Source: Candidatus Iainarchaeum sp. (GTDB lineage Archaea; Iainarchaeota; Iainarchaeia; Iainarchaeales; VGJJ01). From it: a stretch of DNA of 55,504 bases. The DNA lies in assembly GCA_043803765.1 (NCBI GenBank), contig JAZDJQ010000007.1, positions 1 through 55,504 on the forward strand. Reading direction: 5' to 3'. Both the position numbers and the translations under genes were made by a program. This document shows, piece after piece, positions 9,400 to 19,396 of this stretch (positions are counted from its first letter, which is position 1; each line of letters begins with the position of its first letter). Under the pieces are notes generated by a model. That model was not told where the DNA came from and made no database searches. It saw only the letters and a list, made by a program, of their open reading frames with translations.

Positions 9400-11664
9400 A
9401 TGCGTTTTCGTGGGCAGACCAGTGTCGAGTTGTTGGTTATTACGGCTGTTTCTCTTGTGATATTGGGCGCGTTGGTTGGTTTTACTGCGGAACAATTGCG
9501 TATTGTTCAGGAGCAGAAATCAGTGAAGCAGGCGGAGAATTCTTTGCAAAAGATTGTGGACGCGGCCAATGCGGTGTACGCGCAAGGGAGTGGTTCTTCT
9601 CGTTCTATTGCGATTGTTTGGCCGGAAGGAATAGACGCCAATCAAACCATTATTGAGGAGAAAACGATTCGTACGGTTGTTTTTTCTCGTGCGATGTATG
9701 CGACGGCTATTCCTTCGTTAGTGGGTTCGCTTCCTACCTATCCGGGGTATCATATTTTGCGTGTTAAGGCGTTTGATGGTTTTGTGGCGATTGGGGATGT
9801 TTCATTGGTTGCTTCTCCTTCTGTATTGTTTGCTCCTCTTAATCAGGACGAGAATGCTACCCATGGTATTGTTATTACGAATGCGGGCGGGGATGCTACG
9901 GTAACGTTTTCATTGGATTGGAATCATTCTCTTGTGGATGTGAATATTTCAAGCAGTACGGATATTATTCCGGAAGGGGAACAATATGATTTGAATGTTA
10001 TTTTTTCTTCCTCGAATACAGCGGTAGGTTCATACAAGGGAAAACTAATCATCCAGGGTGTTTTTTCGGGGAAAACGGAAACGTTGACTGTTCCTATTAC
10101 GGCGGCAGTAGCAGTAGGATCTAATTCTGATTTGGTTTCGTATCCTTCTTCTCTTTCTCTTTCTACTTTTTATTCGGATACGAATGCTACTACTTTTCAA
10201 TTGTGTAATGTTGGAATGATTCCTCTTTCGGCGATTACGTTTACCTCTTCTTCGGGTGATGCAGGTGATTGGGTGCAGGGAATCGATACTATTTCTTCGA
10301 TCCCTCCATTGGATTGTACCCTTGTTACGGTGAATGTTACTCCAAATACGGGTTTGAGTGTTGGAACCTATACGGGTTCTCTCTTTGTTAGTGATTATGA
10401 TGGGGTGAATACGTTGGTGGTTCCTATTACGGTGAATGTGAATGGAATGAGTGGCATCTTTAATTGGGATTGGGGTACTGCTACTAAAATATCAACTCTT
10501 ATTTCAGGATACACTCTTCAGAATGTTGGAAATGTTCCGATTCAGTTATCTAAAATTAAGATGAGGAACTGGGATGGGTGTGATTCGGCAGACAGCACGA
10601 TTACCCAAATGCAATTGAATGGAAACACGGTCTTTTCAGGTATCGCGTTTGATGGGAATTGGATGGATTTGGTTAATGTTAATTTGCCCGTGTTAACCCA
10701 GTGGACAAGTAATAGTGTTACTTTTAGTGGTAATGTGAATGATGAGAGCGAGTCCTTTATTGCGGATGTATTGTTTTCGGATGGAACGGTGTATACGACA
10801 GCGAGATATGGTGGTTCTTGTTTGGATACGACGGCTCCTGGAAAAGTGAATGATCTTTTGGTTTCGATGGGAAGCGTTCCAAAGGAAGTAGTGCTTACGT
10901 TCACCTATCCGGGGGATGATGGTATGCTGGGAAGTGTTTCTTCTGCTATACTGAAGTATAGTCCTCAACCTATTAGTGATGATACGAAGTTCGATGCGGC
11001 TACTAGTGTAACGTTTAATCCGCCGTATGAGAACGGTGGAACCGAGGGAAGTCTTTCTATTATAGGATATGATGTTGGATTGCCTGCTTATTTCGCGTTA
11101 AAGTTTGTGGATGAGAATGGAAACATGGGCCCATTGTCGAATGTTGATGGGAGTGGAGGAAAGCCGTGGAATCGTTTTAATTATAGTAATGGTGATTTTG
11201 ATTTTACGAATATGGTGTATTCGGATAAGAGTGCACTGGTTACGGATGTTAATGAGTTTATGATTACGGCCATTGCGCTTGATGCGTTCGATCCAACTCC
11301 TACGATGGGTATTCGGATTGTAGAAGATAATAATGCAAATAATGGTTGGATTGCCTATCTCGAGTTTGATACTTCGCATCTCACGGATATTAGCATTTGG
11401 TATCCTACTTCCGCTACAAGTGTTCCTACTGGAATAAGACCGAATTATACTCATTCCGGTTCGTGGGATATTTCGGGCGGAATCAATCTGCTTGATCCTA
11501 CTTTAGTCAATAGTTCATTTCGTTATAATGGGACGGATGTTAACATGGCGTACCCGAATCACTTTTATCTTATTTCAATGAATGGTCTGCTTGATTTCAA
11601 TGTGGTGGTGGACGCGGATAACGAAGTTGGATTTGTTATCGAAGGGGGTATAGGCCCCAAGTAA
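9400..11664 (+). CDS. Large class III signal-peptide (pilin-like) surface adhesin
   Basis: MRFRG|QTSVELLVI prepilin motif, then Ig-like beta-rich repeats and an FN3-like DTTAPGKVNDL segment. Confidence 0.85.
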   Translation: MRFRGQTSVELLVITAVSLVILGALVGFTAEQLRIVQEQKSVKQAENSLQKIVDAANAVYAQGSGSSRSIAIVWPEGIDANQTIIEEKTIRTVVFSRAMYATAIPSLVGSLPTYPGYHILRVKAFDGFVAIGDVSLVASPSVLFAPLNQDENATHGIVITNAGGDATVTFSLDWNHSLVDVNISSSTDIIPEGEQYDLNVIFSSSNTAVGSYKGKLIIQGVFSGKTETLTVPITAAVAVGSNSDLVSYPSSLSLSTFYSDTNATTFQLCNVGMIPLSAITFTSSSGDAGDWVQGIDTISSIPPLDCTLVTVNVTPNTGLSVGTYTGSLFVSDYDGVNTLVVPITVNVNGMSGIFNWDWGTATKISTLISGYTLQNVGNVPIQLSKIKMRNWDGCDSADSTITQMQLNGNTVFSGIAFDGNWMDLVNVNLPVLTQWTSNSVTFSGNVNDESESFIADVLFSDGTVYTTARYGGSCLDTTAPGKVNDLLVSMGSVPKEVVLTFTYPGDDGMLGSVSSAILKYSPQPISDDTKFDAATSVTFNPPYENGGTEGSLSIIGYDVGLPAYFALKFVDENGNMGPLSNVDGSGGKPWNRFNYSNGDFDFTNMVYSDKSALVTDVNEFMITAIALDAFDPTPTMGIRIVEDNNANNGWIAYLEFDTSHLTDISIWYPTSATSVPTGIRPNYTHSGSWDISGGINLLDPTLVNSSFRYNGTDVNMAYPNHFYLISMNGLLDFNVVVDADNEVGFVIEGGIGPK

Positions 11665-11734
11665 TGGTATAGAAGAATATGGGAAAGATAGCCTAGGGGG
11701 TAGATATAAAGGAAAAGAGGAGATGTTCCCTTTC

Positions 11735-13987
11735 ATGCGTATACATGGTCAGACGAGTGTGGAACTTTTAGTCGTGTTGGTTATTTCGGTTGTGCTGCTT
11801 GCAATATTGATTGATTTTACCACTTCGAATGTGAGTCAGCTTAAGGAGGAGCACGCGGTTCGTCTTGCGCGTCAATCTCTTTTGTCTCTTGTTACTGCAA
11901 TCAATCAGACGTATCAATCGGGTAATGGAACAGTGAAATTTGTCACCGTGCATTGGCCGGAAGGGATTGATGCGAATAACACTCGAATAGTTGGAAATAC
12001 TATTATTCTTCGTGTTTATCAAACGGACATTGTGGAGAGTGCTATTCCTCTTTTGGGAGGGGTTTTTGTTCCATATGTTGGGGAACAGCGTGTGAAAATG
12101 ACTTCATATGATTCGAATGTTACGTTGGGTTCTCTCTCATTTAGTGTGAGTCCTGCTGCTATTTATCTTCCGATGACGCAGGATTCAAATACGGTTACGC
12201 ATCTTACTGTTTCTAATCTTTCAGGAGAGAGTGCTACGTTTTCGTATTCATTGAATTGGGACCATAATCAAGTAGTAGAAATAGCATTGGATGCTAACTC
12301 TCATCTCATTTCAGGAGGAGGGGAAGCAGAGTTGGATATTATTGTTTCGGCGAATGGTTCGGCATTTGGAAATTATGCGGGAAGCATGGATATAACGGCT
12401 TCTTTTTACTCGGGGGAAGAATGGTTGAGCGTTCCTTTGGATATTGAAGTGTACGCATACACCACTGATTTATTGTCGGTGTATCCTGCAATTGTTTCTA
12501 TCGAGTCATTTACAAATGATTCTAATTATTCTACTATTCAAGTATGTAATAATGGGGGTGCGCCTCTTAAGGAAATTTCATTTACTCCTTCTTCGGGAAA
12601 TCCGGGTAGTTGGATTGAGGGAATTTCAAGTATAACTGAAATAGAAGGGCAAGTTTGTCATGATGTGGATGTTACGGTTACTGTTCCAAGCGGAACAGGA
12701 TTGGGCGAATATGCTGGAACGTTTCTTGTGTCTGATTTTACGGGGGCAAACACCCAAATACTTCCATTGAATGTTTCGGTTATTGGGCAGGCTTCTTCGT
12801 TTGAATGGGATTGGAGTTCCGCTTCTTCCACCGCTACTACTCTATCAGGATTTGGGATACAGAATATAGGAAGTCGAGAAATGACTATTGTCTCTCTTAC
12901 CCTAAGTAGGTGGTGGGGTTGCGATACGGAACATAGCATTCTTTCGTCCGTAACATTGGATGGGAATGCTGTTTTTTCTGGTAGTATTGATGATGGGGAA
13001 AATGCGAATATTGATGATACGTATTTGGCTCCTTTTTTCTCTTCAACGAATAATGCGATTGTTTTTGGTGGAACGATTAATGATGAGAATGAGCAGTTTC
13101 AGGCTCGTGTAACGTTTTCGGATAACACGCAATATACAAGTGGATTGTATGGGAAAGGATGTTCTCTTGATGACACTCCCCCTTCCAGAGTAACGGACTT
13201 GCTTGCGTTAAGCGGACCCGACCCGGGAAGTATTCTTCTTACGTTTACTTTTCCCGGAGATGATAATGATAGTGGACTGGCATCGGATGTGAATTTTCTT
13301 TTATTTAAACAGCCGGATGCGAATAATCCATTGGTGTATCCTGCGGGGGTAATTATTCCTTTTTTGGATACGATTCAGCCCGGCGGAAGCAGTGGCAGTT
13401 TACTTGTTACCGACTTGAATGCGGGGGAATCCTATTTCTTTACCGCGGTATTCTATGATGAATTGGACCAGAATGGGGGCATTTCAAATGTGGCAGAGGG
13501 AAGGCCGTGGAATCGCTTTCAATACACGCAGGGGGATTTCAATATTGCTACGTTTGCTCATTCCCTTACAACGGTTCCGGAAGTCGGAATGCCAGGAGAT
13601 GTGAATTTGTTCGTTCTTTCTGATTTTGTTACGGCAGGATCGCGTGATCGAAATGTGATTATTCGTGTTACTCCTGATAATAATGGAAATAACTCATGGA
13701 TTATCGCATTGGATGTGTACAATACGACATTGCAGAAAATTAGGATATGGTATCCAACAGGAGCAATAAATGGGGTGCCGGGCAGAACACCCCAATACAC
13801 TACCTATCCGAGTCTTTCGATTAGTTCGGGGATTGATTTGTTGTCATCATCCTTGATTAATAGTGAGTATCGGTACAATGGAAATCTTGTTTCCATTCCG
13901 CAGGAAAATAATCTTTATCTTACTTTTTTCAAAAATTTTAGTGATATGAATTGGTCTTTTGATATGGGGGCAGCACAGTATGGGTAG
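11735..13987 (+). CDS. Large class III signal-peptide (pilin-like) surface adhesin, paralogue of the preceding gene
   Basis: MRIHG|QTSVELLVV motif; colinear with 9400..11664 (WPEGIDAN, GKPWNRF/GRPWNRF, RYNG). Confidence 0.85.
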   Translation: MRIHGQTSVELLVVLVISVVLLAILIDFTTSNVSQLKEEHAVRLARQSLLSLVTAINQTYQSGNGTVKFVTVHWPEGIDANNTRIVGNTIILRVYQTDIVESAIPLLGGVFVPYVGEQRVKMTSYDSNVTLGSLSFSVSPAAIYLPMTQDSNTVTHLTVSNLSGESATFSYSLNWDHNQVVEIALDANSHLISGGGEAELDIIVSANGSAFGNYAGSMDITASFYSGEEWLSVPLDIEVYAYTTDLLSVYPAIVSIESFTNDSNYSTIQVCNNGGAPLKEISFTPSSGNPGSWIEGISSITEIEGQVCHDVDVTVTVPSGTGLGEYAGTFLVSDFTGANTQILPLNVSVIGQASSFEWDWSSASSTATTLSGFGIQNIGSREMTIVSLTLSRWWGCDTEHSILSSVTLDGNAVFSGSIDDGENANIDDTYLAPFFSSTNNAIVFGGTINDENEQFQARVTFSDNTQYTSGLYGKGCSLDDTPPSRVTDLLALSGPDPGSILLTFTFPGDDNDSGLASDVNFLLFKQPDANNPLVYPAGVIIPFLDTIQPGGSSGSLLVTDLNAGESYFFTAVFYDELDQNGGISNVAEGRPWNRFQYTQGDFNIATFAHSLTTVPEVGMPGDVNLFVLSDFVTAGSRDRNVIIRVTPDNNGNNSWIIALDVYNTTLQKIRIWYPTGAINGVPGRTPQYTTYPSLSISSGIDLLSSSLINSEYRYNGNLVSIPQENNLYLTFFKNFSDMNWSFDMGAAQYG

Positions 13988-14375
13988 TCTTCAAAAAAAG
14001 GGGCAGGCAACGATTGAATTGCTTCTTATTATGGTGGTGTTGCTCACCATATTGGGAATATCGATTAGTATTGCTTCGACGCATCAACAATCGATTCAGC
14101 AAAAACGTATTACATTAGAAGCGGAAAAAACAGCTGCGCAAATGAAAGAAGCCATTTATCAGGTTTGGCATTCTCCTGAGGGGATGCAATTGCAAGTGTT
14201 TATTCCTCCTGCTACTCAAACGCAGTCAATACGAGTAGAGAATGGATTGTTAGAAGTCCGTTCTTCTAGTGTGGTGGTGCAGATTCCTTTGTTTTTGGAT
14301 TTGAATACGAGCACAGTGTATGATGGAAACATGATTCTCGTTACTCGAACGTACGCAGGGGTGACGATTGAATGA
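13980..14375 (+). CDS. Minor type IV pilin
   Basis: KKG|QATIELLLIMVVLL class III signal peptide. Confidence 0.85.
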   Translation: MGSLQKKGQATIELLLIMVVLLTILGISISIASTHQQSIQQKRITLEAEKTAAQMKEAIYQVWHSPEGMQLQVFIPPATQTQSIRVENGLLEVRSSSVVVQIPLFLDLNTSTVYDGNMILVTRTYAGVTIE

Positions 14376-14881
14376 GTAACATGGAAAAAGGACAGGTTTT
14401 TTCGGCAGATGTTTTATTGGCAGTAATCGTTTTTACTCTTATTTTAACCCTTGTTTCAAGTTTATTGCATGAGACGCAACTAACCGGTGAGAATGAACGG
14501 CAACAATTGCGATTGTCTAAAGCGGCAGGAGATGCTATTGAACAGTTGCTCTCCGATGCAGGCAGTCCGGTAAATTGGGAACAATTAGATGATGAAAATG
14601 TGATTCATACTCTTGGGCTGATTGACCCGCATGGAACTATTTCCGTGGAGAAATGGTCGGCGTTGCAGGATTGGAATAGAACCCATTATGCGTTCGTGCA
14701 ACGATGGTTGGGTATTCCGGATATGAATTATCATATTCGTATTACGAATCTTTCACAGGAACTGATAGAAGAGGCGGGCATTTCTCCTTTTGATGTGAAT
14801 AACGTAGGTTCGGTTATTCTTCCTTCGATTTATAATGGGAATATTGTTTTTGTCCAAGTGCAGGTGCATCAGAATGGGTAA
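14372..14881 (+). CDS. Minor type IV pilin
   Basis: KG|QVFSADVLLAVIVF; GSPVNW motif typical of archaeal minor pilins. Confidence 0.85.
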   Translation: MSNMEKGQVFSADVLLAVIVFTLILTLVSSLLHETQLTGENERQQLRLSKAAGDAIEQLLSDAGSPVNWEQLDDENVIHTLGLIDPHGTISVEKWSALQDWNRTHYAFVQRWLGIPDMNYHIRITNLSQELIEEAGISPFDVNNVGSVILPSIYNGNIVFVQVQVHQNG

Positions 14882-15305
14882 AGGTTTTGTTATTGCAGTG
14901 GATGCGCTTCTTGCGCTGGTGATTCTTTTTACACTGCTTACTATTTCGTTGGAATCATCTCGTCAGAATGGGATTGATTGGGCGCAGAGGGAACAATTGC
15001 AGGTTTTAGCCTACCATGCTGGAGAATCATTGGAATTGTCGAATACTCTTTCTCATGCAGTATTATCGGATAGCACGACGAATGTTCGTTCTTTTTTGGA
15101 TGGTCTTCCGTATCATCTTTGCGGCAGTGTTACCGTGTATGATAATCCGTCTTTTTCTACGAGTGTTTTTTCGGTTAGTAAATCAGGGTGTGCGACTACA
15201 TTAGGGGCAGCGGAAACCGTTCAACGGGGATTTATTGTAGCATCTCCTCCTGATGCCAATTTGTATGTTGCGAGTATTTCCATGTGGGTGAATGAGAATG
15301 GCTAA
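14874..15305 (+). CDS. Minor type IV pilin
   Basis: MGKG|FVIAVDALLAL; aggtg RBS upstream. Confidence 0.8.
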   Translation: MGKGFVIAVDALLALVILFTLLTISLESSRQNGIDWAQREQLQVLAYHAGESLELSNTLSHAVLSDSTTNVRSFLDGLPYHLCGSVTVYDNPSFSTSVFSVSKSGCATTLGAAETVQRGFIVASPPDANLYVASISMWVNENG

Positions 15306-16179
15306 TGCTAATACAACAACGAAGGGGTTTGTGCTGAGCTTTTCTCTTTTTGTGATGGGAATATTTCTCATTTTGTACGCGCAACTTTATGCTGAAAATG
15401 GGTTTGAGCAAAGAATGGATAGTGCGGTTATTTGGGAGGATAGTAGTATTGCTCGTTTTGCATTGGATGCGCAAGCCGATTTGAATAGAGTGTTGGACCA
15501 GTTTGTTAGTTTAGACCAGAATGAAACAAATGGGTGGATTTCCATTCGTGGAAGACTTCCGAGCCTTCTCGATGTAGAAGAAAATATTCAATCCTATCGT
15601 GATGATTTAGTTGTATTTGGACGTGATGTGAACATACTTGTAACCATGGATTTGACGGACATTCTTGAGGATGGAAATGTGATGGGTCATGCGGATAACT
15701 CGTTTTGGTGGAAGGAAAAATTGGATACTTCCCGTATTCAATTCTGGAATGAAAACGTTTTAGGGAAGCCCACTCAAATCGACATCAACATCAATGTAGA
15801 GTCTCAGTACGTTGATGTAAATGCATGGGTATTAGATGATAATGGAAATATTTTAGTCAACCTTTCGTATGCGGACCAGAATACTCAGCATGCGTTCACT
15901 TCCAGCGGATATATTTCGGATGAGAATACGGTTGCCTATCACTGGATTTTTGATGATGGTGCAAGCGGGGTTACATTGCAATTGGGGAAAATAAACGGCA
16001 TAAATGGAAGTGGAATATTGGATACGAATGATTCGGCTAATCTCGCATTAGCGTATTCTTTTCGTTTTACGTTCGATGCCAATACTGCCCCTACCCGATT
16101 AGGGTATGATATTCCCCTTTCCCTTAGTGGAAAGAACGCTACAATGCAAATGTCCACTCAATGGGTGGAAGGGGGATAA
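15292..16179 (+). CDS. Pilin-like protein
   Basis: KG|FVLSFSLFVMG N-terminus; last gene of the overlapping pilin operon. Confidence 0.75.
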   Translation: MRMANANTTTKGFVLSFSLFVMGIFLILYAQLYAENGFEQRMDSAVIWEDSSIARFALDAQADLNRVLDQFVSLDQNETNGWISIRGRLPSLLDVEENIQSYRDDLVVFGRDVNILVTMDLTDILEDGNVMGHADNSFWWKEKLDTSRIQFWNENVLGKPTQIDININVESQYVDVNAWVLDDNGNILVNLSYADQNTQHAFTSSGYISDENTVAYHWIFDDGASGVTLQLGKINGINGSGILDTNDSANLALAYSFRFTFDANTAPTRLGYDIPLSLSGKNATMQMSTQWVEGG

Positions 16180-16214
16180 GCATATTAACACGCAATAACC
16201 GTAGAAAGAATAGT

Positions 16215-16439
16215 ATGCAGCGGGGAACAATCCTATACACGGGGGGAATATTTTTTGCCGTTTCGGGGGTGGGGGGGCTCATCACGTTATGGGCGATTCA
16301 TTCAGTATACTTACTAAGTAATGTTGACTCATGGGCATGGTTATTATTTGGATTATGGGGAATTGGCGTTTTTTTGTTTACGAGTACTCATCCGTCTAAA
16401 CTACGGCGGGCTGAATCCCGCCGGGTTCACTTCCCGTGA
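16215..16439 (+). CDS. Small two-TM membrane protein
   Basis: Two hydrophobic segments; ATG 16215. Confidence 0.5.
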   Translation: MQRGTILYTGGIFFAVSGVGGLITLWAIHSVYLLSNVDSWAWLLFGLWGIGVFLFTSTHPSKLRRAESRRVHFP

Positions 16440-16592
16440 ACGGCTTGCCGAGAACAATATGCTGATTCATCTACTTGCTGAAGCAGGCAGGGTTCTCGGC
16501 AAGGGGTTCTAAACAACAAAAGAAGGTTTTTTCCTAACGGTTACTTTTGACTATTTAAACAACAACAGTTATAGAAAGGGAATGGAGGAAGA

Positions 16593-19070
16593 ATGATGAA
16601 AAAGAATGCAATTCCTATTGGTCCTGTTACATTGTTTGGTGCGTTGATTATTGTTGCGGCGGTATTTCTTGTGTGGTGGTCACCGTATTCAAATAATCTC
16701 ATCGTCACGGATGATACAATTGAAGATAATACTGCATTCATTGGAAAGCCTCTTCCTCACTTTGCTTCAGAAGAAGCTATTATTGCGGCATTCAAAGAAG
16801 CACAAGCACTCATGAGTGGTGGGTTTGGACGAGAAGGCGTTTTGATTAAATCGATGGATAGCGTTGCGGAGAATACGGCTCCTTCCGCTACGGCAGGAGG
16901 AGGAATGGATTACTCGACTACGAATGTTCAAGTGGAAGGAGTAGATGAAGCCGATATTGTGAAAACGGATGGAGAATACATTTACACGTTGTACAAGAAA
17001 AGCATCAAGATTGTTCATGCGGTTCCGGCAGAAGAAGCAAAAGTGGTTTCAACAATAGCATTAGACGATTTATTCCCTCAAGAGATGCTCATAAATGGAG
17101 ACACGTTGCTTGTATTTGGAACCAAACAGGATAATTCTCCTTATCCCATGGATGGGCTTGTTGAAAGTAGGATGATAATGCCCGATTATTACCCGTATTA
17201 TGGTTACTCGTATACGGCATGGGTGGCGTATGATATTTCAGATAGAACCCATCCTTCTTTGGTGAAAGAATTATTGTTCCGTGGGAATTACGTTACGAGC
17301 CGGATGATAGGTAATGAAGTGTATGCAGTTATTACAACCTACCCGGATTATCGAGTATTGCAGGATGAAACAGTGGTTGAAGGATCCATCATCCCGATGT
17401 ATATCGAAGATGGAATTGAAAAATCGCTTGCCCTTCCTACTGAGATAGGGTATGTTCCTCCGGTATATGCTCAAAATTTCATTACCGTGGTATCGTTGAA
17501 CACGGAAACACTTGAAATCCAGAAGGAAACAATAGTGGGGGATGCCCAGACCGTGTATTCGTCACAGGATAATTTGTATATTGCCCATACGCAGTGGTAT
17601 GACCCAATTGACTGGCCAAAGTTGATTGAGGAATCCATTTCTGGAAACATTTTACCCCAGCCTGCTTCCATGAGCGTGAAAACCATTATCAACAAATTTC
17701 ATTTGGATAATGGGAAAATAACATTTGCAGGGCAGGGAAAGGTTCCTGGAAATGTATTGAATCAATTCTCGATGGATGAGTTTGATAATCACTTTAGGAT
17801 TGCGACTACGACTGAACCCTCTTGGGGTTTTGGGATAGCGATGAGAGAGAATACGGAAACGGGTCCAATGAATAACGTGTATGTTTTGGATTCGGATATG
17901 GAAATAGTGGGAAGGTTAGAAGATTTGGCTCCGGGTGAGAGGATTTATTCCGCTCGATTTATGGGAGAACGCGTATATTTGGTGACGTTCAAGCAAGTGG
18001 ACCCATTATTTGTTATTGATTTGAGTAATCCGAGTAATCCTCATGTGTTGGGAAAATTGAAGATTCCGGGATATTCGAACTATTTGCACCCTATTGATGC
18101 GACCCATATTATTGGGATAGGAAAGGATACTACTGTGGGGAAGAATGAGACAGCGTATTATTTGGGAATGAAGCTGGCCATTTTTGATGTGAGCGATGTG
18201 GAAAATCCTATTCAACTTCACTCACTCAATGTAGGGGATAGAGGAACGGACTCGTATGCGTTGAATGACCATAAGGCATTTCTCTATGATAAAGAAAAAG
18301 AATTGATGGTGTTGCCCATTTATTTATACGAAATAAGCGAGAAACAGCAAGGCAAACCCATTGGGGATTGGCCCGAATACGGCGTTCCAACCTATCAAGG
18401 AGCATTTGTGTATCATGTGGATTTGACGAATGGGTTTGAAGAATTGGGAAGAATCACCCATATCGATAGTGAGATTGATTTGAAGTCAGGATACTATTAC
18501 GATTATTCCTATCAAGTCAAGCGTTCACTCTACATTGGGGATGTGCTCTACACGATATCGGACAAAATAATCAAAGCGAATCATTTGACTGACTTGTCTG
18601 AAATCAAATTGATTGAATTGAGCAACACGCCAAAGGATTTTACGATCTACGTGCATGTAGGAGGAGGACTCTGTCCTACTCCTTGTGGTTATCAGGAAGC
18701 CACGATTACTTCTCAAAAGATTTCAACGAAAAATGTTACGGGAGGAGAAAACGGATACACGAACACGAGCGAGTATCCTTCCGGGGAACAATACGTGGAT
18801 TTGATTGATTCATTGGATTGGGAATTGTTTCAATCTCTTGACAGTGTAATAGGTTGCCCCAGTTGTGCGGATGGACTTACTGAAACAATTACAATCACGA
18901 AAGGGGGCATAAGTAAAACAGTAAAGTTTGAAGTTGGAACCAATATTGAAGGATTGAACGGTTTTCTCAACTTATTGAATGGCTATGTTGGAATATATGA
19001 TTATCCGATCTACGCGAGTGAAGGTGGAATGGGAATAACCGTTTCAACTCCTCAATCGGTGGATTCTTGA
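16593..19070 (+). CDS. Secreted beta-propeller domain protein (Beta_propel-like)
   Basis: DYSTTNVQVEGVDEADIVKTDG, NQFSMDE, ERIYSARF, VTFKQVDPLFVIDL and LKIPGYSNYLHP signatures. Confidence 0.9.
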   Translation: MMKKNAIPIGPVTLFGALIIVAAVFLVWWSPYSNNLIVTDDTIEDNTAFIGKPLPHFASEEAIIAAFKEAQALMSGGFGREGVLIKSMDSVAENTAPSATAGGGMDYSTTNVQVEGVDEADIVKTDGEYIYTLYKKSIKIVHAVPAEEAKVVSTIALDDLFPQEMLINGDTLLVFGTKQDNSPYPMDGLVESRMIMPDYYPYYGYSYTAWVAYDISDRTHPSLVKELLFRGNYVTSRMIGNEVYAVITTYPDYRVLQDETVVEGSIIPMYIEDGIEKSLALPTEIGYVPPVYAQNFITVVSLNTETLEIQKETIVGDAQTVYSSQDNLYIAHTQWYDPIDWPKLIEESISGNILPQPASMSVKTIINKFHLDNGKITFAGQGKVPGNVLNQFSMDEFDNHFRIATTTEPSWGFGIAMRENTETGPMNNVYVLDSDMEIVGRLEDLAPGERIYSARFMGERVYLVTFKQVDPLFVIDLSNPSNPHVLGKLKIPGYSNYLHPIDATHIIGIGKDTTVGKNETAYYLGMKLAIFDVSDVENPIQLHSLNVGDRGTDSYALNDHKAFLYDKEKELMVLPIYLYEISEKQQGKPIGDWPEYGVPTYQGAFVYHVDLTNGFEELGRITHIDSEIDLKSGYYYDYSYQVKRSLYIGDVLYTISDKIIKANHLTDLSEIKLIELSNTPKDFTIYVHVGGGLCPTPCGYQEATITSQKISTKNVTGGENGYTNTSEYPSGEQYVDLIDSLDWELFQSLDSVIGCPSCADGLTETITITKGGISKTVKFEVGTNIEGLNGFLNLLNGYVGIYDYPIYASEGGMGITVSTPQSVDS

Positions 19071-19152
19071 CCAAAATATAGAGCTTCAACGATGGGGTAT
19101 CGAATTCAATGCCCCTGTTTTTTCTTTGTCTAATCCGCTTTTTAAAAAAATA

Positions 19153-19235
19153 CGCGGAGTGAGAGATTCGAACTCCCGTAGCCGTGAGGCTCTGGTTTTC
19201 AAGACCAGCGCATTTGACCACTCTGCCAACTCCGC
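19153..19235 (-). tRNA. tRNA-Ser(TGA)
   Basis: Reverse complement GCGGAGTTGGCAGAGTGGTCAAATGCGCTGGTCTTGAAAACCAGAGCCTCACGGCTACGGGAGTTCGAATCTCTCACTCCGCG; anticodon TGA. Confidence 0.95.
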
Positions 19236-19295
19236 TTGTGTTGTCAGAGCAATTTTTCCCCCCAGGGCTTTTGCCGTGAGGCAAAAGGGCTGCTG

Positions 19296-19310
19296 CTCTG
19301 CCAACTCTGC
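19296..19310 (-). repeat. Partial copy of the tRNA-Ser(TGA) 5' end
   Basis: ctctgccaactctgc matches 19221-19235 (ctctgccaactccgc) at 14/15 positions. Confidence 0.6.
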
Positions 19311-19396
19311 ATACGTTGAGAGTAAAGAGGGTTGGAAATGCTTTATAATCAAGCAGAAAGGGCAGGCTATAAAAGGAGTAATTGGGTGCTGGACTC

